Positions 56,813 to 64,000 of a stretch of DNA of 64,000 nucleotides are shown here, one piece after another; positions within the stretch are counted from its first letter, which is position 1; every line of letters begins with the position of its first letter. The stretch covers positions 200,496 to 264,495 of the forward strand of contig CAWCRC010000002.1 of the NCBI GenBank assembly GCA_963797805.1. Direction: 5' to 3'. The notes under the pieces are model-generated. The model saw nothing but the letters and a program-made list of their open reading frames with translations. It did no database searches and was not told where the DNA came from. The DNA comes from an uncultured Actinomycetes bacterium (GTDB taxonomy: Bacteria; Actinomycetota; Thermoleophilia; Gaiellales; Gaiellaceae). Position numbers and translations under genes: made by a program.

Positions 56813-56884
56813 GCTGTTCCAGACCACTGCGGCGCGCAGTATCGCATATTGGTCTTGACCACTCAACTCCGTCATGCCTAGACT
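56813..56884. promoter_or_regulatory. Divergent msiK/murQ control region: dre sites plus leaderless murQ promoter
   Basis: ATTGGTCTTGACCACT (56848-56863) and weaker GCTGTTCCAGACCACT (56813-56828). TTGACC-18 nt-TAGACT lies 6 nt before GTG 56891. Confidence 0.8.
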
Positions 56885-56890
56885 GCGGCC

Positions 56891-57811
56891 GTGGCGAGGC
56901 GGGCGATACGAGAGGCACCGGATCTCGACGGCCTCCTCACCGAGGCCTGGAACCCGGAGGCGGCCGATCTCGACGTCCGCTCGACGGACGACCTCGTCGC
57001 GCTGATGAGCGCGGAGGAGGCGCGGGTTCCCCCCGCCGTCGCCGCGGCCCAGTCGTCGATCGCCGAGGCGATCGATTCGATCGTGGGACGACTTTCGGAC
57101 GGTGGTCGACTGGTCTACGTCGGCGCGGGGACCTCCGGTCGACTGGCGGCCGTCGACGCCGCAGAGTGCGAGACGACGTTCGGGGTGCCCGCGGGGCTCG
57201 TGGTCGCGCTCGTCGCCGGGGGGATGGACGGCCCGGCTGCCGCGCAGGAAGAGGCCGAGGACGATGCCGGCGCCGGCGCGGCTGCCGTCCGCGGTCTCGA
57301 GGTCGACGAGCACGACGCCGTCGTCGCTCTGAGCGCGAGCGGCCGCACGCCCTACGCGGGCGGAGCTTTGACGGAGGCACGCGCCGCGGGGGCGACGACC
57401 GTCGCGGTCGTCTCCGTCGAGGGCTCGGAGCTCGCCTCCCTCGCGGATCACGCGATCGTCGTCGAGGTCGGCCCCGAGGTCATCGCCGGCTCGACGCGAC
57501 TCAAGGCGGGGACGGCGCAGAAGCTCGTGCTCAACATGATCTCGACCATCTCGATGATCCGTCTCGGGAAGACCTACGGGAACCTGATGGTCGGCGTCGT
57601 CGCCACGAACGACAAGCTCCGCTCCCGCGTGCGTCGGCTCGTCGGCCATGCGACGGGCGCCTCGGACGAGCAGGTCGACGCCGCGCTGGCCGATGCGGAC
57701 GGCGACGCGAAGGTTGCGATCGTCGCGCTCACGGCGGGCGTCGACGCTGCGACGGCGCGGGTGCGGCTCGACGAGGCGGGCGGAGTCGTCCGGAAGGCGC
57801 TCGCCTCGTGA
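56891..57811 (+). CDS. murQ: N-acetylmuramic acid 6-phosphate etherase
   Basis: GAGTSGRL..DAAEC, EEAED, SASGRTPY and GPEVIAGSTRLKAGTAQKLVLNMIST motifs. Confidence 0.95.
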   Translation: MARRAIREAPDLDGLLTEAWNPEAADLDVRSTDDLVALMSAEEARVPPAVAAAQSSIAEAIDSIVGRLSDGGRLVYVGAGTSGRLAAVDAAECETTFGVPAGLVVALVAGGMDGPAAAQEEAEDDAGAGAAAVRGLEVDEHDAVVALSASGRTPYAGGALTEARAAGATTVAVVSVEGSELASLADHAIVVEVGPEVIAGSTRLKAGTAQKLVLNMISTISMIRLGKTYGNLMVGVVATNDKLRSRVRRLVGHATGASDEQVDAALADADGDAKVAIVALTAGVDAATARVRLDEAGGVVRKALAS

Positions 57812-58899
57812 GGCTCGGCGTCGAGGCCGCGCTCGTCGACGGCCGGCTGGTCCCCGGCGACGTCTCCCTCGACGACGGGACGATCTCCGCAGTCGGCCTC
57901 GAGCCGGGCGTCGGCAGCGGCATCGCGGCGCCGGGCTTCGTCGACCTGCAGGTGAACGGCTTCGCCGGGGTGGACTTCCTCGGTGCGGATGCGGACGGCT
58001 TCGCGACTGCGGGCGAGGCCCTCCTCGAGACGGGTGTCACGGCGTACCTGCCGACGCTGATCACCTCGGCCGAAGCGGACATGGTGCGTGCGCTGCACGC
58101 GATCCCGAACGGAGATCACGGACCGCGGATCCTCGGCGCGCACCTCGAAGGCCCGTTTCTCTCCCCCGCCCGGCTCGGCACTCACAGCCTCGGCGCGCGG
58201 CGCGATCCCGACGAGGCGCTGCTCGAGCGGCTGCTCGACGCCGGTCCCGTGCAGCTCGTGACGCTCGCGCCGGAGCTCCCGGGCGCGCTCGACCTCGTCG
58301 ACCTCCTGCATGCGCGCGGCATCACCGTCTCGCTCGGGCACTCGAACGCGACCGCGGACGAGGCGAAAGCCGCGTTCGACCGCGGTGTCCGCACGGTCAC
58401 CCATGTCTTCAACGCAATGCGCCCGCTCGCGCACCGCGACCCGGGGATCGTGGGCGCGGCGCTCGTCCGCCCCGACGTCGTCGTCCAGGCGATCGTCGAC
58501 GGCGTCCATCTCGATCTCGACATCGTGCGGCTCCTGTGGCGCCTCGCCGGCGGCCGCATCGCGCTCGTCACCGACGCGATCGCGGGCGCGGGGCTCGGCG
58601 ACGGCACCTACGCTCTCGGCGAGACGGAGATCGTCGTCGCCGACGACGTCGTCCGGCGTGAGGACGGCGTCCTCGCGGGCAGCGCGCTGACGATGCCGCA
58701 GGCCGTCCGGAACCTCGTCGAGGTCGGCGTGCCGCTCGAGGACGCGCTCGCCGCGGCGAGCACCGTGCCCGCACGTGTCCTCGGCCGTACCGACATCGGG
58801 CGGCTCACGCCCGGCGGCCCGGCCGACGTCGTCGTCCTCGACGACGCCCTCGAGGTCGTGCAGACGATCGTGGGAGGCGAGACGCGTGTCGCCGGCTGA
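57808..58899 (+). CDS. nagA: N-acetylglucosamine-6-phosphate deacetylase
   Basis: [39 protein letters not shown] and LAGS motifs. Confidence 0.95.
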   Translation: MRLGVEAALVDGRLVPGDVSLDDGTISAVGLEPGVGSGIAAPGFVDLQVNGFAGVDFLGADADGFATAGEALLETGVTAYLPTLITSAEADMVRALHAIPNGDHGPRILGAHLEGPFLSPARLGTHSLGARRDPDEALLERLLDAGPVQLVTLAPELPGALDLVDLLHARGITVSLGHSNATADEAKAAFDRGVRTVTHVFNAMRPLAHRDPGIVGAALVRPDVVVQAIVDGVHLDLDIVRLLWRLAGGRIALVTDAIAGAGLGDGTYALGETEIVVADDVVRREDGVLAGSALTMPQAVRNLVEVGVPLEDALAAASTVPARVLGRTDIGRLTPGGPADVVVLDDALEVVQTIVGGETRVAG

Positions 58900-59956
58900 G
58901 AACGGCGGCGAACCCGGCACGCGCTTCGTCGCGGAGATCCGCGAGCAGCCCGCGGCACTGCGGCGGCTGCTCGAGCACGACGCCGAGATCGCGCGCATCG
59001 CCCAGGAGATGCGCGACCGCGACGCGCGGCTCGTCCGCCTCGTCGGTCACGGCTCGTCCGACAACGCCGCCTCGTACGGGGTCTACGCGTTCGGGCTGCT
59101 GCCGAACTGGACGGCGATGCGCGACTCCATCACGCTCACCGTCCACTACGGCAAGCCGCTCGACATGACGGGCTCCACGGTCATCGGGCTTTCGCAGTCC
59201 GGGCGCACTCCCGACGTCGTCGAGTACGTGAAGGGCGCGCGGACGGCCGGCGCGTTCACGGTCGCGGTCACGAACGACCCTGGCTCCGAGCTCGCGCGTG
59301 CCGCCGATGCGTTCATTCCTCTCGCGGCCGAGCCGGAACTCGCTGTCGCGGCGACGAAGACGTACGTCAACACGCTCGCGGCGCTCGCGCTGCTCGCCGG
59401 TCACGTGGCGGAACGCGGGGGTGAGCTCGCGGAGGGGATCGGTCGGGCCGCCGATCTGATGGAGTCCGGGATTCCGGGCCTCGAGCGGTCGACGGCGAAA
59501 CTGGCGCTCTCGTTCTCCTACACCGGCCGCATGTTCGTCATCGGCCGCGGCGTCGAGTTCGCCACGGCGCGCGAGATCGCGCTGAAGCTGCTCGAGACGT
59601 GCCGGATCGCCGCGGAGCCGCTCACGGCGACGGACCTCGCCCACGGGCCGGTCGCGGCGCTAGACCATCTGTTCCCCGTCTGGGCGATCGCCTCGAGCGA
59701 CGGGACCCTGGCGACCGTCCAGGAAGCGGCGACGCGGATCCGCGAGATGGGCGCCAGCCTCGTCGCGAGCGGGACGGCGGCAGAGCTGATCAAGGGCGCG
59801 GCCTTCACCGTGCCGGTGCCGATGCCGGAGCCGGCCCTGCTGTCCCCGCTCCTGTCCGTCGTTCCCGGGCAGCTCTTCGCGTCTGCGCTGGCGCGGGCCC
59901 GGGGCCTCGATCCCGACGCGCCGCACGGCCTCGCCAAGGTGACGCTCGCGCAGTGA
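58886..59956 (+). CDS. Double-SIS glucosamine-6-phosphate deaminase (NagB-II/GlmS-isomerase-like)
   Basis: [36 protein letters not shown] and [12 protein letters not shown] motifs; no glutaminase domain. Confidence 0.85.
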   Translation: MSPAENGGEPGTRFVAEIREQPAALRRLLEHDAEIARIAQEMRDRDARLVRLVGHGSSDNAASYGVYAFGLLPNWTAMRDSITLTVHYGKPLDMTGSTVIGLSQSGRTPDVVEYVKGARTAGAFTVAVTNDPGSELARAADAFIPLAAEPELAVAATKTYVNTLAALALLAGHVAERGGELAEGIGRAADLMESGIPGLERSTAKLALSFSYTGRMFVIGRGVEFATAREIALKLLETCRIAAEPLTATDLAHGPVAALDHLFPVWAIASSDGTLATVQEAATRIREMGASLVASGTAAELIKGAAFTVPVPMPEPALLSPLLSVVPGQLFASALARARGLDPDAPHGLAKVTLAQ

Positions 59957-59967
59957 TCCTCCGCGAA

Positions 59968-59995
59968 GCGGGTATCCGCAGAGACGGATACCCGC
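59968..59995. terminator. Hairpin between convergent genes (first of a multi-hairpin cluster)
   Basis: GCGGGTATCCG-CAGAGA-CGGATACCCGC, a perfect 11-bp stem. Confidence 0.6.
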
Positions 59996-60068
59996 CGCTT
60001 GATCCCCGCCTTCGAGCGGGGCACGCCCCTGAAGGCGTCGCCTTCGGCGCCGCAACTGACGCCCGAGT

Positions 60069-60623
60069 CTAGGTCGCGGACGAGCGGGCGCCCCGAACGA
60101 GGGCGAGGAACCGCTCGATGGGGAAGCCCGGCCCGGGATCCCAGTGGTCGCTCTTCCGGTACGCCTTGCTGACCTCGCTGTGCCCTGTGATCCCGCTGCG
60201 CCCGGCGACGAGGTCGTCCGCGACCAGCCAGCGGATCGGGATCCGCTTGCGGCGACACACGTCGGCGACGAGCGCCGCGGCCCGTTCGAGGAGCGCGGTC
60301 GAGTACCTGTCCGCCCACTCCGCGCTCGTCTGCCGGGCGAAGCCGGCGAGCTCGACACCGACGGAACTGGTGTTGCCGCCGCGCGCGTGCCAGGCGATGT
60401 CCTTCTCACGGACGCATTGCACGACCGAGTTCGCATCGACGCAGTAGTGGGCCGAGACCCGTGAGACGGGGGTCGCGAACCACCGCGCGCAGATCTCGGC
60501 GGCGTCCGGCCGCTCGCGGATCTCCATCGTGTGCATCACGACGACGTCGATCGCGCGGCGGGTCGCGGGCGTGAAGTTCGGGCTCTCGACGAACGGGTAC
60601 GCCACGACGCCCCTTCCCGGCAT
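60069..60623 (-). CDS. N-acetylmuramoyl-L-alanine amidase (Amidase_2/AmpD-like), no signal peptide
   Basis: VVMHT, SAHY, V.E...AWHA, S.GVE, GH and DPG motifs. Confidence 0.88.
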   Translation of the reverse strand: MPGRGVVAYPFVESPNFTPATRRAIDVVVMHTMEIRERPDAAEICARWFATPVSRVSAHYCVDANSVVQCVREKDIAWHARGGNTSSVGVELAGFARQTSAEWADRYSTALLERAAALVADVCRRKRIPIRWLVADDLVAGRSGITGHSEVSKAYRKSDHWDPGPGFPIERFLALVRGARSSAT

Positions 60624-60673
60624 GGCCGAACGGCGAGCGCATTGTCGCGCATCGGCGTGCGAGGATCACGGTC

Positions 60674-61867
60674 GTGGAGTCGTCCGCGAGCAATCATCGG
60701 GTGACGGCGACACGACGCGAGGAAGAGCGGGTGACGCCACTCGAGCTGTTCTTCGACCTCGTCTTCGTGCTGGCGATCACGCAATGCACGGCGCTCATGG
60801 CCGCCAGCCCCGACTGGGCGGGGATCGTCCGCGGCCTCTTCGTGCTCACGGTGCTCTGGTGGACGTGGGCGGGCTACGCGTGGCTGACGAGCGTCGTCGA
60901 CCCGGAGGAAGGAGCGGTGCGGATCGTGATCTTCGCGGCGATGGCGGCGATGCTCGTCGCCGCGCTCGCCGTCCCCGGCTCGTTCGACGACGACGCCCTC
61001 GCGTTCGCGTGCGCATACGCGATCGTGCGGATCGCGCACATCGGGCTCTTCCTGCTCGCGAGCCGCGGCGATCCGCAGCTGCGCCGGTCGGTGACGGGGC
61101 TCGCCGTCAGCACAGCGATCGGCGTCAGCCTCCTCACGGCGGCGTCAGCCGCCGACGGGGCCGTGCAGGCGAGCCTCTGGGGCGTCGCGATCCTGCTCGA
61201 CCTGGGGCTGCCGTTTCTCTTCTGGGCGGAGGGATGGCGTCTCGTCCCCGCGCACTTCGCCGAGCGCCACGGCCTGATCCTCATCATCGCGCTGGGAGAG
61301 TCGATCGTCGCGATCGGCGTCGGCTCGAAGGCGGTCGTCGACGTCACCGTCGTGGTCGTGGCGACACTCGGGATCGCGATCGCGGCGGGGCTCTGGTGGG
61401 TCTACTTCGACGTGACCGTCTGGGTCGCGGAGCGCCGGCTCTCGCGCCTCCCGGCGGGGCGCGAGCAGAACGAGGTCGCGCGGGACGCGTACTCGTATCT
61501 CCACCTGGCGATGGTGGCCGGGATCGTGCTCCTCGCGCTCGGCATGAAGAAGACGCTCGAGCACCCCGGGGACCCCCTGAAGGCGGTCCCCGCGGTGGCG
61601 CTCGTCGGCGGCGTCGCGGCGTACCTCCTCGCCATCGTCGCCTTCCGCTGGCGCCTCCTCCACACGCTCGGTCGCGTGCGTCCCATCACCGCGGCCGTCC
61701 TACTCGCGCTCGTGCCGATCGCATTCGAGGTGCCCGCCTACGTCACGGTCGCACTCGTCGTGGTCGTCATCTGGGCGTTGATCGTCTACGAGGTCGTCCG
61801 CTACGCCGAGTTTCGCGAGACCGTGCGTCACGAGCTTGCCCGGGAGGGCACGGGAAGCGTGGGATGA
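60674..61867 (+). CDS. ltrA: Low temperature requirement protein A family
   Basis: VTPLELFFDLVFV, HFAERHGL..IIALGES and LWW.YF motifs. Confidence 0.9.
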   Translation: MESSASNHRVTATRREEERVTPLELFFDLVFVLAITQCTALMAASPDWAGIVRGLFVLTVLWWTWAGYAWLTSVVDPEEGAVRIVIFAAMAAMLVAALAVPGSFDDDALAFACAYAIVRIAHIGLFLLASRGDPQLRRSVTGLAVSTAIGVSLLTAASAADGAVQASLWGVAILLDLGLPFLFWAEGWRLVPAHFAERHGLILIIALGESIVAIGVGSKAVVDVTVVVVATLGIAIAAGLWWVYFDVTVWVAERRLSRLPAGREQNEVARDAYSYLHLAMVAGIVLLALGMKKTLEHPGDPLKAVPAVALVGGVAAYLLAIVAFRWRLLHTLGRVRPITAAVLLALVPIAFEVPAYVTVALVVVVIWALIVYEVVRYAEFRETVRHELAREGTGSVG

Positions 61868-61874
61868 GCGTCTG

Positions 61875-62366
61875 ATGGACAAGCTCTGGGCCCCGTGGCG
61901 CCTCGAGTACGTCGCCGATGCCGGCGGCGGGTCGTCGTGCGTCTTCTGCGCCGAGGCAGCGGGCGAGGTCGGCGAGCAGAGCCTCGTCGTCGCGCGCGGC
62001 GAGAGCGCGTTCGTGCTCCTGAACAAGTTCCCGTACTCGTCGGGACACGTGATGGTCGCGACCAATCGCCATGTCGCGGAGCTCGGCGACCTCGAGCCGG
62101 CGGAAGCCGCGGAGATCCACCGGCTCACGACCAGGGCGATCGAGGCGCTGCGGAGCCTCTACCGGCCTGATGCATTCAACGTCGGCTGGAACCTCGGCGA
62201 GGTCGCGGGCGGCTCCATCTCGGGGCATCTCCACCAGCACGTCGTCCCTCGCTGGGCGGGCGACACGAACTTCATGCCCGTGCTCGCGGACGTGAAGGTG
62301 CTCCCCGAGCACCTGCTCCGGACACGCGACCGGATGCGCGAAGCGCTCGGCGACCCAGCGGGCTAG
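61875..62366 (+). CDS. HIT family protein (Ap4A phosphorylase-like)
   Basis: LWAPWR, CVFC, LNKFPY..GH and HLHQHVVPRW.GD.NF motifs. Confidence 0.9.
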   Translation: MDKLWAPWRLEYVADAGGGSSCVFCAEAAGEVGEQSLVVARGESAFVLLNKFPYSSGHVMVATNRHVAELGDLEPAEAAEIHRLTTRAIEALRSLYRPDAFNVGWNLGEVAGGSISGHLHQHVVPRWAGDTNFMPVLADVKVLPEHLLRTRDRMREALGDPAG

Positions 62367-63253
62367 CCGGCTGTCGCCGTGAGCCGCGCCATCGCCGCCC
62401 AGCCGGCGGCCGTCGTCGTCTGCAGGTCGTAGAGGCTCCAGCCGGTGGCGGTCCCGTCGTCGAGCACGGCATCCGTGAACGCCTTGAGCTCCTCCTTCGT
62501 CATCCGGTTCGCCACCCCGCCGGCGGCGTGCACGGCGATCTCGTCGCCGACTGCCGCACGCAGGAGCCGGAGCGAGCGCGCCACGTAGCCGTACGTCGCC
62601 TCGTAGCCCTTGAAGCCACCGCCGGTGTACAGCATCGGCACGATCGCGTCCGACCGGCGCGCGATCTCGGCCCAGGGGAAGCCCGGCCACCAGCTCAGGT
62701 GTCGTTCGAAGGCGCGGGGCGGATAGGTGATCGCCGCAACCGGAGTCCCACCGGCCTCCGACTTCAGTCGGCTCAGCAGGTCGAGCATCCGGCTCGTCCG
62801 CAGCTTGACGCTCTTCTCGCGCAGCGACTCGACGTCGAGCGCGACGCCGTCGAAGGCGCCGCCCTGCGGGGTCCGGAACGAGAGCATCGCGCGGGCGCGC
62901 CGGAGGTCGCGGGCGTGGCGGTCGTGGCCGGGGAGGTACCAGGCAACGGCCGCGATGCCGCGCGCGTGGAGGGCGTCCACCATGCGCCCGAGCCCGGTGG
63001 GATCGACGACGTCCCCCGCGGAGCGGTCGTTCGCCGTCTCGATCCACGCCGTCCGGACGCCGCGCGCGGCGAGGCGTGCTGCGACGACGTCGGGCGTGCG
63101 GTAGAAGGCCGTGTCGTAGACGTCGATCCACGTCCCGAGACCGGTGAAGACCTCCGCCCCCTGGCGTGCCACGGGCGCTGCCCGCGCCTCCGGCTGGTCG
63201 GCACGGGCGACGAGCGCCACGACGGCGATCGCGACGAGGACGACGAGGCGCAC
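62363..63253 (-). CDS. Secreted TIM-barrel glycoside hydrolase-like protein
   Basis: Signal peptide, FDGVALDVE (GH18-like DxxDxE variant) and PMLY motifs. Confidence 0.6.
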   Translation of the reverse strand: MRLVVLVAIAVVALVARADQPEARAAPVARQGAEVFTGLGTWIDVYDTAFYRTPDVVAARLAARGVRTAWIETANDRSAGDVVDPTGLGRMVDALHARGIAAVAWYLPGHDRHARDLRRARAMLSFRTPQGGAFDGVALDVESLREKSVKLRTSRMLDLLSRLKSEAGGTPVAAITYPPRAFERHLSWWPGFPWAEIARRSDAIVPMLYTGGGFKGYEATYGYVARSLRLLRAAVGDEIAVHAAGGVANRMTKEELKAFTDAVLDDGTATGWSLYDLQTTTAAGWAAMARLTATAG

Positions 63254-63354
63254 GGCGGCAGCCTACGCGGGAGCTGTGAGCAATCCGTTCGCGAATCGGA
63301 TCGCACGATCCGAAGGTCGGACCCGAGGTCGATTCGATGTGACATCGTCACTCC

Positions 63355-64000
63355 GTGACGGGGTACCGGCTCGGTGTCGACATCGGAGGCACGTTCACGG
63401 ACGTCGTCCTCCTCGGCGCCGACGGAAGCGTGAGCGCGACGAAGGTCCTTTCCACGCCGGCCGACTACGCGGAAGGCGTCCTCGACGGGATCGACCGCCT
63501 GCAACGCGACACCGGGACCGCAGCAGAGGCGATCACGGGTGTCGTGCACGCGAGCACCGTCGCCTCCAACGCCATCCTCGAGCGGCGCGGCGCCACGGTG
63601 GCACTCGTGACGACGGAGGGATTTCGCGACGTCCTCGAGTTCCGGCGCCTGCGCATTCCCGTTCTCTACGACCTCCAGTACGAGAAGCCGGAGCCGCTCG
63701 TCCCACGCGCGTTGCGCTTCGAGGTGCGCGAGCGCCTCGGCCCGCGGGGCGAGGTCTGGCGCGAGCTCGACGAGGGCTCGGTGACCGACGTCGTCGCGGA
63801 GCTCGTCGAGCACGGCGTCGAGGCGGTCGCGATCTCCCTCCTCCACGCGTACGCCGACGACGCGCACGAGCGTCGTGTCGAGGAGCTCGTGCGCTCCGGC
63901 GTCGGCGCGGACGTCTTCGTGACCCGGTCGACGGACATCCTCCCCGAGGTGCGCGAGTACGAGCGCACGAGCACCGCGGTCGTGAACGCATACCTCGGGC
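63355..64000 (+). CDS. Hydantoinase/oxoprolinase A subunit (3' end outside window)
   Basis: Manual translation from GTG 63355 gives YRLGVDIGGTFTD, HASTVASNAILERRG, TTEGFRDVLE and EVREYERTSTAVVNAYLG. Confidence 0.92.
   Translation, partial: MTGYRLGVDIGGTFTDVVLLGADGSVSATKVLSTPADYAEGVLDGIDRLQRDTGTAAEAITGVVHASTVASNAILERRGATVALVTTEGFRDVLEFRRLRIPVLYDLQYEKPEPLVPRALRFEVRERLGPRGEVWRELDEGSVTDVVAELVEHGVEAVAISLLHAYADDAHERRVEELVRSGVGADVFVTRSTDILPEVREYERTSTAVVNAYLG

Noticed and set aside
163-63991. Numerous long overlapping or antisense ORFs in the track (e.g. 9663..12209 +, 16722..18398 +, 50225..52285 +)
   Set aside because: Shadow frames of real genes. High GC depletes stop codons, and the products are Arg/Pro/Ala-rich or antisense mirrors with no motifs.
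1-64000. CRISPR arrays, IS elements, integrases, prophage, rRNA
   Set aside because: By eye I saw no regularly spaced direct repeats, transposase or recombinase motifs, phage structural genes or rRNA-like sequence.

Overview
Very GC-rich bacterial chromosomal window, almost certainly actinobacterial (mIHF, pyr-mihF-gmk-rpoZ-coaBC synteny, DasR-type operators, pervasive leaderless genes). Thermoleophilia/Gaiellales-like placement is an inference. About 68 CDS, one tRNA-Arg(CCG), and no integrase, transposase or CRISPR array. Main blocks: (1) murA-hisB-like-ridA-cca-yggS; (2) MoxR/DUF58/transglutaminase; (3) pyrR-pyrB-pyrC-carA-carB-pyrK-pyrD (no pyrF)-mihF-gmk-rpoZ-coaBC, with a PyrR-binding leader; (4) a LexA-box-controlled LysM gene, a GH-A clan hydrolase and a DgcA/DgcN-like pair; (5) a patchy accessory region after the tRNA, including a chimeric pseudogene and a lamin-tail/pilin-like plus PapD/DUF916-like pair; (6) ppk2 divergent from a HerA-like ATPase plus lipoprotein nuclease; (7) an amino-sugar/peptidoglycan recycling regulon (GH20, DasABC-like ABC, DasR/NagR, MsiK, MurQ, NagA, SIS deaminase, amidase) with at least 4 strong dre operators. 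Eight genes each carry a single +1 base insertion, most simply explained by long-read sequencing error. Best novelty candidates: a metal-ligand-less HisB pseudoenzyme coupled to murA, an usher-less pilin/chaperone-like pair, a non-lipidated sugar-binding protein, and the HerA-like ATPase/nuclease pair. All calls come from motif recognition by eye; no searches were run.
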